Both the position numbers and the translations under genes were made by a program. Positions 16,947-25,463 of a stretch of DNA of 64,000 bases are shown here, in pieces (the stretch's first letter is position 1; every line of letters begins with the position of its first letter). Below the pieces are notes generated by a model. It made no database searches and had not been told where the DNA came from. It was given only the letters and a program-made list of their open reading frames with translations. The stretch covers positions 1-64,000 of IMG/VR virus record IMGVR_UViG_3300035698_004130; one strand, 5' to 3'. The DNA is from a virus.

Positions 16947-17546
16947 TTACTTAACATAGTTACGCCTTGAGGTAAGAGTGTTTCGAATCTCAATTACCGC
17001 CTTTCTTACATAGCAAAGGGTCAGTCCTGTGGGCTTGACTAAAGCGTTGAAACACACAGATCCCTCATCATTTACAACTGAGGGATCCTTAACGATAGCA
17101 GACACCACTTTCTTAACGTTCTCACTCTTCTCTTTGAATATGTCTCCAACCTCAATTGAGGATAGGTCCAGAGAAGTTCTATAGTCTTGAAGGTCGTAGT
17201 CGTGATCGAAGGAACCACCATATTTTCCCATACCGGAGATAGAAACATGTCGTCTTCGGAAATCCCTCTTGTTTGTTAGAGGAACTCCCTTCTTTGCTTT
17301 CCTGTTCCAGAGAACTGTCTTGGTGTATTGGTCGAACAGCTTGTTTTCAAGCGCTGTATCAAGGTCTTCTCCGGTAAGCTTCTTAAACCCATGGATTGAT
17401 TCCATGGCGGCAACACACAGATCAGAGAAGTTATCTTCCTTGCTAGCTATGACTGCATCCCCTGAAATCTTAGAGGAGATCTTCCACATCAAACCTTCAT
17501 ACTGTTTTAAATATCTAGCCCATTGCTCATTCGAGACTTGCTGCAT
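16947..17546 (-). CDS. sigma70-family (ECF-like) phage sigma factor
   Basis: YEGLMWKIS...EDNFSDLCVAAMESI...FDQYTKTVLWNR region-2 pattern; C-terminal HTH. Confidence 0.7.
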   Translation of the reverse strand: MQQVSNEQWARYLKQYEGLMWKISSKISGDAVIASKEDNFSDLCVAAMESIHGFKKLTGEDLDTALENKLFDQYTKTVLWNRKAKKGVPLTNKRDFRRRHVSISGMGKYGGSFDHDYDLQDYRTSLDLSSIEVGDIFKEKSENVKKVVSAIVKDPSVVNDEGSVCFNALVKPTGLTLCYVRKAVIEIRNTLTSRRNYVK

Positions 17547-17589
17547 ACTGTATTATAGTCCTTTATTAGGTGATAAAAACTTTGTATTC

Positions 17590-17919
17590 CTAATCGTCCA
17601 GTCTTACGACAACTTCACATTCTTTTTTATTAGCTAAGTCTTCTAAAGACTCGTAACCTAGCATCAACACACAGTAACCAGCGATGTCCTGCCAACAGTT
17701 TTCATTGTTATAGTTAGGGTTGGTAGCAAGACGAAAGATCTTGTCCAGAATCCTAACTAAAGCTAACGCAACTGTATACTTCTCAGGTGGGATACCCTTG
17801 GGGAATAGGAACTTCATAATCTCCCCTGAATGCTGGAAGCTATCGCCGTATGCCGCGTTCTTCTCTTGAACCAACTCTCCAATATCCTTTCCTATCTTTG
17901 CAAATTCTGTATTTTTCAT
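17590..17919 (-). CDS. nucleotide-modification-associated helical domain (DUF1599/DUF6378-like)
   Basis: EKNAAYGDSF, DKIFRL, WQDIAGY. Confidence 0.7.
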   Translation of the reverse strand: MKNTEFAKIGKDIGELVQEKNAAYGDSFQHSGEIMKFLFPKGIPPEKYTVALALVRILDKIFRLATNPNYNNENCWQDIAGYCVLMLGYESLEDLANKKECEVVVRLDD

Positions 17920-18131
17920 TTCTGCCTCTTATCTTTCCAAAACCTTCTTAATTCAGGACAATTCATTTTACCTGAGTTCCTATCAAATATGATAGCTCTA
18001 AACACTCCATGCCTGTCCATGCCAAGACAGGTTGCACATGTTTTCGCATTATTATAGGAATACACACCAGTGTAGTCCCCACATGAATGGCATTTATCTT
18101 TGTTGATCCAACTTAGGGACTTCTTCTCCAT
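17916..18131 (-). CDS. small Zn-finger protein
   Basis: CHSC...CATC. Confidence 0.55.
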   Translation of the reverse strand: MEKKSLSWINKDKCHSCGDYTGVYSYNNAKTCATCLGMDRHGVFRAIIFDRNSGKMNCPELRRFWKDKRQK

Positions 18132-18384
18132 ACTCTTTCCTCAAAAAACTATTTATAGAGCATTGAAAGCCTCTAATGTAGTTGCTATTGAGAAATCTTG
18201 CAAATCCGGGATCGAAGTCCTCAATGTTCTGTATCTGTGGGCATTGTATGCCCTCTACTTCCTTTTGTATAATGTTTGCTTGCAGATGCCAAGTAACAGA
18301 ATTACACTTGTGCCGGAACATGTTTTCGTTCCTCACTTGTAGGACTACTCTGTCCTTCGTCAATTCTATTATAGTAGTTTCCAT
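18094..18384 (-). CDS. hypothetical protein
   Basis: ORF track. Confidence 0.55.
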   Translation of the reverse strand: METTIIELTKDRVVLQVRNENMFRHKCNSVTWHLQANIIQKEVEGIQCPQIQNIEDFDPGFARFLNSNYIRGFQCSINSFLRKEYGEEVPKLDQQR

Positions 18385-18521
18385 TCTTGACTAATAGCTT
18401 AATCTTCTCTAGAGCCTTGGAAACATTGAATAGATGGACCTGGGCTATCTCTTGTGCTTCTTTAGCATCGTTCACTCTGCCCTCTAGCTCTGTCAATGCA
18501 AAGGCTAGAGTGAAATCCATA

Positions 18522-18776
18522 TTAGACATTCACTTCCTTTGCTAGCCATGCGATGATTGGGCTATACAACCCTTCCTGAACGGTGAACTCAATATCACCT
18601 CCAGCCCTTGCATACTTAATGGAAGCTTCAATGCGAGCCTCAACAAGTAGCAACATTGATTTCATTGCCAGGAATCTACTAGTCTTATTCCGCTGGTCAA
18701 CAATACCTTTGATGTCTCTGATAAGAGCATTAGCTTCAGTGAGGTAGGTGATAGTTTCTGTCGCTTGTATGTGCAT
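18522..18776 (-). CDS. hypothetical protein
   Basis: ORF track; CTATAAT upstream. Confidence 0.6.
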   Translation of the reverse strand: MHIQATETITYLTEANALIRDIKGIVDQRNKTSRFLAMKSMLLLVEARIEASIKYARAGGDIEFTVQEGLYSPIIAWLAKEVNV

Positions 18777-18869
18777 ATGATCGGTCCAAGGTATATTATA
18801 GCGAGAAACCCCTCTGGATCAAGCACTTAGGCAGGATCAGAGGGATTAGTTTATTTGGAATGTGAGTTG

Positions 18870-20243
18870 CTACTTACTATCTGCTGATGTATTGATGATT
18901 TCAACCTTGCCAGCTCTTACCATAGCTTGGTAAGAGCTACCATCATCTGGTAATCTACATCTTAGAAGCTCGTCCGCTAGCGGAAGACCAATATGTTGTC
19001 TTATGGCTCTCTTAAGGTTTCTTGCTCCATACTCTTTTGAGAAACCCTTCTCTACAGCAAACTTCACAAGCTCGGGCGTAGCTCTAATAGGATATCCCTT
19101 TAGCTCAAGCTTTGCAATCTTCTCTGTATCCTCTTTAGTTAGGTCATTGAAGTATACGAACTCATCAATTCTACCTCGAAACTCAGGGGAGAAAGCTAGC
19201 TCTACAGCCTTCATGATAGTCTCTCTATCAGCCTCCTTATTCTGGGTGACCTCGGCAGAGAACCTAATAGTGTTAGTTTTCAAATCTGTCATTCCACAGT
19301 TGGAAGTGAAGATGAAAATTGATTCCGATAGATCAATCTCATTACCCATGTTATCGGAGGAGGTTCCGGTATCCATAAGTGATAGAAAGAAGTTGAAGAA
19401 CTTTAAATGAGCCTTTTCAATCTCGTCTAGGATAATGATCCATTTCTTAGACTTGTCGGCTTTCTCCTTAATCATGGAATCCTTACCATGCCCCACATAT
19501 CCTGGGGGAGAACCAATTAGTCTAGCAATCTCGTGGCCATTGGAGAACTCAGCACAGTTAATAACCCATAAGTTATCAGAGAACTTTTCTCCGAGCTTCT
19601 TAGCCAACTGTGTCTTGCCTCTGCCAGTTTTTCCTAGGAAGAACAGGCTCATATGATCTGCAAATCCAGCAGCCTTTAGCTTAATTGAGTTACATACAAC
19701 TTCAATAGCTTCGTTCTGGCCGATGATGTTTTTCTTAAGGTGCTTCTCTAATTCATTAACATCATTAATAGTAGCGAACTGATACTTCTTTGGGGTTGGA
19801 CCTTTATTTTCTGCTTCCTTCTTTACTTCTTTTTGAAAAGCTTCTTCTGAAATAGCTTGATCGATCATAATGGAGTCCGGTAGTATTTCGTTAATCGTGT
19901 AACAAACGTTTTCAATGCCTAATTCAGGGTAGTATTCGATAATAGTCTCGTAGTAGAGACCCAGAATTCTATTCCTACTTTGTTTAGAGGCAAGACTATC
20001 CATTGCCTTAAACTCTAACATCAACTTCTTGTAGCACTTCTTTTCCTCAGAGGTTAAGGTGCCAACAATGACAGTCTCAACATATGGGATAAGATCGAAG
20101 TTTCCTGCCTTACAGTCCTTAATAAGCTTTACCAGCTTATTGAACACCAAGGTTGATTGGTGTTCAGTAAGAATCTTTAAGCTAAGAATCTTATTAAGGT
20201 TTCGGCATACGGCTTTGATTTCCCTGGTCTTATTGGTCGTCAT
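18870..20243 (-). CDS. Clp/Hsp100-type AAA+ ATPase (single NBD2)
   Basis: IIGQNEA, GKTGRGKT, LIGSPPGYVG, LDEIEKAH, FSPEFRGRID, GARNLKR. Confidence 0.9.
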   Translation of the reverse strand: MTTNKTREIKAVCRNLNKILSLKILTEHQSTLVFNKLVKLIKDCKAGNFDLIPYVETVIVGTLTSEEKKCYKKLMLEFKAMDSLASKQSRNRILGLYYETIIEYYPELGIENVCYTINEILPDSIMIDQAISEEAFQKEVKKEAENKGPTPKKYQFATINDVNELEKHLKKNIIGQNEAIEVVCNSIKLKAAGFADHMSLFFLGKTGRGKTQLAKKLGEKFSDNLWVINCAEFSNGHEIARLIGSPPGYVGHGKDSMIKEKADKSKKWIIILDEIEKAHLKFFNFFLSLMDTGTSSDNMGNEIDLSESIFIFTSNCGMTDLKTNTIRFSAEVTQNKEADRETIMKAVELAFSPEFRGRIDEFVYFNDLTKEDTEKIAKLELKGYPIRATPELVKFAVEKGFSKEYGARNLKRAIRQHIGLPLADELLRCRLPDDGSSYQAMVRAGKVEIINTSADSK

Positions 20244-20640
20244 CTTTTTTGTCCGCTAGTTGTGATAAAGCTGTGAACATTGAACCCTTGAGTTCATTTG
20301 TGCCACCCTTGGCAGAGTCCATTTCTTTCAAACGATACTTCTGTAGTAGTGTGGCAAGTTTCAATAGCTTTTCATTAGCATTGCCCATTTGACCAAGGGC
20401 AGTAGCAGCAGCGGAAATTAGCTTGTGAAGAGTATCCGCACTCTGGGTTTCGGAACCTTCGTCCCCATAAGAAACAATCTGTAGGAGAGAGGTGAGATCT
20501 CCCATAGCTTCTTTGCAAGATTTAAGGAGGTTTTCTGCTTCTTTTCTATCCGACTCAGCGTTATCCTTAATCTTTTTTGTGAGACGGTTCATTTTCATGT
20601 CGTCCCACATCTTGTTTTTTAGCACGTATCTGTCTGCCAT
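20230..20640 (-). CDS. helical hypothetical protein
   Basis: ORF track; likely start MADRY. Confidence 0.65.
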   Translation of the reverse strand: MADRYVLKNKMWDDMKMNRLTKKIKDNAESDRKEAENLLKSCKEAMGDLTSLLQIVSYGDEGSETQSADTLHKLISAAATALGQMGNANEKLLKLATLLQKYRLKEMDSAKGGTNELKGSMFTALSQLADKKDDDQ

Positions 20641-20959
20641 AATATTCGTCTTCCTCTGGGTAGTCGGGATCATCCCCATCACGAAGATTATCGTAATCAG
20701 GTAAGTCTCTATGGTTATTTAGCCTAGGGGCTTGATGCTTATTTGATTTCTCGCGTCTAAATGTTCTTCCCATCGGGATTTTCCTTCTTCAAGCGTCTAA
20801 TAAAGCTCTTTTTTAGGAACTTATTGGTATACCAAGTCCAAAAGGGCAGTGAACCGTCCATTACTACTAGCTTATCAAGGAATGTTAGATAGAAGAATAG
20901 ATTTATAGTGGATTCAACAACGGTTAAGATACCATAAATGATTAATCCTAAGCGTCTCA

Positions 20960-21178
20960 TTAATTCTTCTCCACTATTGACTCCATGAACTCCTGAAAAG
21001 CTTGTTCCTTAGTTAGCCCTGCATTAATCTGGGCCTTTGTCCTTCGGAATCTCTTCCCAGTCTTCTTCTTGTAGTCGCCTGCATCCATGAATGGAAAATT
21101 CATGTTGCTATTGTCACGCAACTCATTCTTTAGAGCATCACTCACTAGAGTGGAAAGTCTATCTTCTACACTACCCAT
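20960..21178 (-). CDS. small basic hypothetical protein
   Basis: YKKKTGKRFRRTK. Confidence 0.65.
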   Translation of the reverse strand: MGSVEDRLSTLVSDALKNELRDNSNMNFPFMDAGDYKKKTGKRFRRTKAQINAGLTKEQAFQEFMESIVEKN

Positions 21179-22181
21179 TCAACAATTCCTCCTTAACACC
21201 TAGCATCTCCCTAATTATAGCCGTATCCTTGTTGGAGAAATCTAACAAAACCTCAGTAAAATCATCTTTTTTGAACTTAGTGTCCCCAATAGACAACCTA
21301 CCTGAATCCGACTTGGTGATGTAGCCATCTTCAACTAACATTGGAGCAAGTCCGTAATAAGGATCCAATCCCTTATCAAACAATACTCGGAACTCACATT
21401 CTTGGAAGGGTAGTCCAACCTTGTTCTTCTTGGCTCTGATCTTTCCCACGATACCCATAGGCTTCTTGTTAGCGTCCTTAATAACGTCGCTGGTCTTATT
21501 AGAGACCGTCTTGAGATCTACCGACAGATAAAATTCTAGAGCCCTTCCGCCGCTTGCTGTGGTGTTCGGGTCACCATACATCACGCCAATCTTGGTCCTA
21601 ATCTGGTTGATAACCACAATCGTGGCCTTATTCTTCTTCAGGTCGTGATTGATCTTTCTAAGAAGACTACCAAATACAATAGCTCTACGAGCACCATCTG
21701 TTGGGGAGATGTCTCCAATATTATCTCTATTCATTTCCTCTCGTGTTGGCAGGACAGATACGGAATCAATCACCTGGATAATAGGGGTCTCTTTGTCTAG
21801 CTCCCGAATGTCCTCGATGGTCTTCTTGATGCTCTCAAAGGCATCCTCAAGGCACCGGGAGTTGGTGTAGAGTAGAGTGTCTGGGTTGATGCCTAACTTG
21901 CGACCGAACTCTCGGGAGTAAGTATTTTCTGTGTCATCCAGCTTGGCATAACAACCTGCGTGCTGTGCAGCTTGTAGTATAGTGGTTGCAAACAGTGTCT
22001 TACCTGTTGAACTGTCTCCTTGCAATTGAACTATTCCACCGATAGGAAGGCCAGCGGCATAGTCTCCTGAGATGATTCTGTTGAGAGCGTGACACCCTGT
22101 GGAAATGAATTTCCAGTCTTCTAACTGATCTAGAGTAAGGTTTTTATTGCCTTTCAACTTGTCTAATACGTCTTGGTTCAT
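21171..22181 (-). CDS. uvsX: UvsX/RecA-like recombinase
   Basis: GDSSTGKT Walker A, VIDSVS, INQIR.KIGVMYGDP.TT.SGGRAL.FY, KNKV. Confidence 0.93.
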   Translation of the reverse strand: MNQDVLDKLKGNKNLTLDQLEDWKFISTGCHALNRIISGDYAAGLPIGGIVQLQGDSSTGKTLFATTILQAAQHAGCYAKLDDTENTYSREFGRKLGINPDTLLYTNSRCLEDAFESIKKTIEDIRELDKETPIIQVIDSVSVLPTREEMNRDNIGDISPTDGARRAIVFGSLLRKINHDLKKNKATIVVINQIRTKIGVMYGDPNTTASGGRALEFYLSVDLKTVSNKTSDVIKDANKKPMGIVGKIRAKKNKVGLPFQECEFRVLFDKGLDPYYGLAPMLVEDGYITKSDSGRLSIGDTKFKKDDFTEVLLDFSNKDTAIIREMLGVKEELLNG

Positions 22182-22203
22182 ACCCAGGTATTATAGTCGA
22201 TAC

Positions 22204-22240
22204 AAAAAAACAGAGTAAGCTTTTTAGGGCTTACTCTGTT
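22204..22240 (-). terminator. intrinsic terminator closing the ROT-TerD/ncRNA transcript
   Basis: minus strand AACAGAGTAAGC-loop-GCTTACTCTGTT followed by T run. Confidence 0.85.
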
Positions 22241-22281
22241 AGGTTTGAGCGGTAAGACTCAGACAGCTTTAGACTGTAAAT

Positions 22282-22398
22282 AAGGGAAATTGTAACCAGA
22301 TGATTTTTATTGGTAAGCCTCGGGGGAATTGAACCCCAACGTGTTCTGGCCTGGATACCAAGGCTTGGGTGTTAGAAGGAACTGGTTTCATGGCCCTT
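22282..22398 (-). ncRNA. Y-RNA-like unit 4 with CCA-ended tRNA minihelix
   Basis: AAGGGCCATGAAACCAGTTCCTTCTA...TCTGGTTACAATTTCCCTT enclosing AAGCCTTG..GGGGTTCAATTCCCC CGAGGCTT ACCA. Confidence 0.75.
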
Positions 22399-22403
22399 GA
22401 ATA

Positions 22404-22607
22404 TTAGTTCAACCAAGCATTTATTCTACGGTTTAGAATTGTAAGATACTCTTTCATAACCCCTAGTTGGGTTGTTAGGTTGTTTTGTTCTGTCTCTAGT
22501 AGGCTCAAAAAAACTCCATTAGTTGGATTGATAAAAGCCTCTAGGTTAGCGACCTTTAAAGCAAGGTCTGCTCGTTCATCGGCAACTCGTCGTTGATAAG
22601 GTAACAT
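22404..22607 (-). CDS. small coiled-coil phage protein (crAss001_48-like)
   Basis: YQRRVADERADL..K..NLEAFI...QL.VM..Y..IL.RRI pattern. Confidence 0.7.
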   Translation of the reverse strand: MLPYQRRVADERADLALKVANLEAFINPTNGVFLSLLETEQNNLTTQLGVMKEYLTILNRRINAWLN

Positions 22608-22617
22608 GGGAAAAATG

Positions 22618-22683
22618 TATCCCTCGCTTTCTGACAGTGAAAAAAATGAACCAAGGTTGGTTCGTCAGCGATAGCGAGGGATA
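22618..22683 (-). ncRNA. structured RNA element inside the ncRNA array
   Basis: TATCCCTCGCT/AGCGAGGGATA, CTGAC/GTCAG, GAACCAA/TTGGTTC. Confidence 0.55.
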
Positions 22684-22715
22684 GAAGATCTTAAAAGCTA
22701 AGATCGATGTAAGTT

Positions 22716-22857
22716 GAGGAGATTATAGTAGGTAGTTTTAAGGTCAGATGCTCTACCGCTGAGCTACAAGCAACACTGTTAGTTGGTTGCGAGGCAGGAA
22801 TTGAACCTGCGACCGTCTGATTTTTATTTAATAGAAGGAACCTACTTCTATGGCCTC
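22716..22857 (-). ncRNA. Y-RNA-like unit 3, YrlA-type circularly permuted tRNA mimic
   Basis: T arm (GCAGG TTCAATT CCTGC) precedes a loop-closed acceptor stem, then D arm (TAGCTCAGCGGTAGAGC); TCAGA/TCTGA joins the conserved basal stem. Confidence 0.85.
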
Positions 22858-22867
22858 GTTATGAGGT

Positions 22868-22947
22868 GAGGAGATTGGCATCAGTGTGTTGTCAAATCCA
22901 TATTTTGGTGCCCAAAGGGCGTAGAAGTAACTGATTGCCATAGCCTC
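22868..22947 (-). ncRNA. Y-RNA-like unit 2
   Basis: GAGGCTATGGCAATCAGTTACTTCTA...ACTGATGCCAATCTCCTC. Confidence 0.78.
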
Positions 22948-22958
22948 GTAATAAGGTA

Positions 22959-23026
22959 GCGGAGATTTCTAGGTCTAAGTTTTTAATAATTGTTAAAGTT
23001 TTAGAAGGAAGACCTAGAATGGCCGC
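22959..23026 (-). ncRNA. Y-RNA-like unit 1 (minimal)
   Basis: GCGGCCATTCTAGGTCTTCCTTCTA...AGACCTAGAAATCTCCGC. Confidence 0.78.
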
Positions 23027-23032
23027 AGTATT

Positions 23033-25135
23033 TTAAGCGAGATATTCCGAAAGGATCTCAGTTGTATCCGATGGCTTGATACCTTCTGTCAGAGAGAAGA
23101 TGGTATCAGCCTCCAGAGGATCCTCAACATACTCCGTCCCCCGCACATTAGCGTGCATTACGAATAGATCGTAGAGGGTAGGTTTGTTGTCAAGGTTCAC
23201 TGAGCCTCGCACAATATCTAGTGTCGTCGCACGATTTGTGATCGTGTTATTTGGTATACGTCTGTTGGAGTTTCTAAAGATGTCTGTGCCACCCTCAAGA
23301 TCCATCCAGATTGCTTGTCGTGCTTGCATGTCAAAGATAACAGGAACAGCCCTTGAACTACCTTGGGTTAGATTAACCTTTTGGTCAACATACTTAGCGT
23401 TATACTTGTCACTTGAATCAGGCATGTCTCGGGTCATCCAACCTGCGTAGCAGATTTCGTGATCCTTAAAGCTAGGTCCACAATACACATATACTTGCAT
23501 TGCAACATATCTGTATCCGGCCTTCAAAGCCTTAGTCATATCAATGTCAATGAACTCTGCTGCACCATCAGGAGCATTCGTAATATCACCGGAGTGACAA
23601 GAGATTGTGCCATCCCTCAAGTTTGTGTAAGCAACGTCGGACTTGTGGTTAAACTCAGCATCCAAGAAGGAAGCACTAAGATCGATATCTCTGCCCTTCC
23701 AGTAGATGAACAGGCGTAGGGTATTCTTGTCCGTTAGGTTGAATCTGGTGCCTCTTGCGACAGTCTCTAGGCTTTCCGATGCGCTTCTCAGAGAGAGAGG
23801 GATCGGACAACCTTCAAGATCGTTACTCAAGAATACCTTTCCAAGGGACTCCAGCTTAGAGAACCTATTTTGCAGGGAGGCTTGGATCGTATCCATAACC
23901 TTATCTACAATGGAAGGATTCAAAGTTGGAAGCTTTGTCTTTAAGAGGATTGCCTTAGCAGCACTACCCTTCGGGAATACAAGTCTTTCAGCAGGTCCAG
24001 TTGCACGAGTTCTAAAGTGCCCGAACAGTTGCATCAATACTCTCGTATCAATTTCATCTGCTACAGAGGCAAAGTTCTCTAGGATACCCTTACCAATACG
24101 CACATTAGACTTCCGTAGAAGGTTATCCAACTTTCTTGCGAACACTCCAGGTCTCTTCTTTAGAAGAGTAGAAGCTTCACCATAGTTGCCGGAGGTAATA
24201 AATCTTTCAACATTCGCCTCGTAGGAGAGATGCTTGTAGTCCTTACTGCGTAGTCGAGAAACAATTGCATTTAGGTTCTTTGCGTAAGCGTATTCACCTG
24301 TATGCAAAGAGTGTGCTAAACGAATCCACTTACCCCGATGGCGGAAGATATCGTCATCTCGTGCTATCACGTTTAGACGGTAAACAACTGCCTTTCTGAA
24401 CTTACGACCGAAGCTCTTAAACTTAGTGTTAGTTGCAAGGGAAATATCTCCACCGGATAGATGGGTGCAAACTCTTAGAACATCGGTTGCAGTCTTTAGT
24501 GCAGCCATGCCCAGGGAAGGACGGTCACTATCCAAACACTCTCCAACGAAGAATGCCATGTTCTCTTTGAACGGGATTGCGGGAGGGAGAACCTGCATTA
24601 GCTGGTTGTCCTCGTAGTTGTTAAAGAGATAGGTTAGAACCTTCTTGTCATAGTCGGTGATCGAAGCATTAGATGCTAGGATTTGACTAAGGGTAAGCAG
24701 CACATCTTCTTCTTTCCCTAGACCGATTTCTCGGAACTTAGAGTTTTCGAATTGTGGTGCTTGCATGTTACCTTGATGGTAATCGGGTTGCCAAGCTCCA
24801 CCCGACCAATAGTGCATCAAAGCATTACCGTAAAGCCTCATCGCTCCCATTTCCATCACTTGGGATGGGAAACCGGGATACATTGGAGTGTAGGTAACAT
24901 CTGCACCTACAACTTTCTTGAGGTTCGTCAGGGTTTGACGAAACACAGTGTTGAAGCGATTTTCCGTTAAAGTTGTCAACTGCTCCATTGCCTCAGGTGA
25001 GAGGATAAAGCCCAATGACATCACTTCCGCTTGGAGAACCATACCTCTTTGATCGAAGGCTTGGCGTCTGGTTCCTTGACCGGATGGAAGCAACAGGAGC
25101 CGCTTCTTATTAAGTAGTATTGATTGCTTGTTCAT
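23033..25135 (-). CDS. ROT/TROVE-like helical repeats plus C-terminal TerD-like domain (RING-less relative of the Prok-RING_4 architecture)
   Basis: PMYPGFPSQV, KTATDVLR, RPGVFARKLD; TerD-like DIDLSA..HSGDITNAPDGAAEFIDID; start 25135 follows a TATAAT box. Confidence 0.75.
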   Translation of the reverse strand: MNKQSILLNKKRLLLLPSGQGTRRQAFDQRGMVLQAEVMSLGFILSPEAMEQLTTLTENRFNTVFRQTLTNLKKVVGADVTYTPMYPGFPSQVMEMGAMRLYGNALMHYWSGGAWQPDYHQGNMQAPQFENSKFREIGLGKEEDVLLTLSQILASNASITDYDKKVLTYLFNNYEDNQLMQVLPPAIPFKENMAFFVGECLDSDRPSLGMAALKTATDVLRVCTHLSGGDISLATNTKFKSFGRKFRKAVVYRLNVIARDDDIFRHRGKWIRLAHSLHTGEYAYAKNLNAIVSRLRSKDYKHLSYEANVERFITSGNYGEASTLLKKRPGVFARKLDNLLRKSNVRIGKGILENFASVADEIDTRVLMQLFGHFRTRATGPAERLVFPKGSAAKAILLKTKLPTLNPSIVDKVMDTIQASLQNRFSKLESLGKVFLSNDLEGCPIPLSLRSASESLETVARGTRFNLTDKNTLRLFIYWKGRDIDLSASFLDAEFNHKSDVAYTNLRDGTISCHSGDITNAPDGAAEFIDIDMTKALKAGYRYVAMQVYVYCGPSFKDHEICYAGWMTRDMPDSSDKYNAKYVDQKVNLTQGSSRAVPVIFDMQARQAIWMDLEGGTDIFRNSNRRIPNNTITNRATTLDIVRGSVNLDNKPTLYDLFVMHANVRGTEYVEDPLEADTIFSLTEGIKPSDTTEILSEYLA

Positions 25136-25190
25136 CTGTATTTCGTCCTCGTGAGCTACCATTATAGCTAAGGTAGCCCGAATCTGAACG

Positions 25191-25463
25191 CTAATCTTCC
25201 GAGATTTCGTCGTTTTCTTCTGCCTCAATATCCTGCACTCGCGTATAAAGAGCCATAGCTTTCACAGATAGGTGAATGAACTGTTCCAAAGTGGCTGATA
25301 ACTGATGTGCAAACTCTCCTTGAGTATACCCATCCCTTCCTTCATCCTCAATTTGGGTATTACTTTCAATAGCATCAGCGATTACGAGTTGCGTGTGCGC
25401 GGTTTGAAGGCAATCCACGATTGCACCATACATTTCAGAATTACTTTTCATTTTAGTTACCAT
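25191..25463 (-). CDS. hypothetical protein
   Basis: ORF track. Confidence 0.55.
   Translation of the reverse strand: MVTKMKSNSEMYGAIVDCLQTAHTQLVIADAIESNTQIEDEGRDGYTQGEFAHQLSATLEQFIHLSVKAMALYTRVQDIEAEENDEISED

Noticed and set aside
22618-22683. Hammerhead ribozyme (CTGACGA ... GAAA on minus strand)
   Set aside because: GAAA does not follow stem II, and CTGAC is paired with GTCAG
22744-22820. Ordinary tRNA gene
   Set aside because: Arm order is permuted; no anticodon loop and no CCA
22282-23026. CRISPR array interpretation of the repeats
   Set aside because: Units vary in stem sequence with compensatory changes, spacing is irregular and no cas genes are present; this fits structured RNAs, not direct repeats
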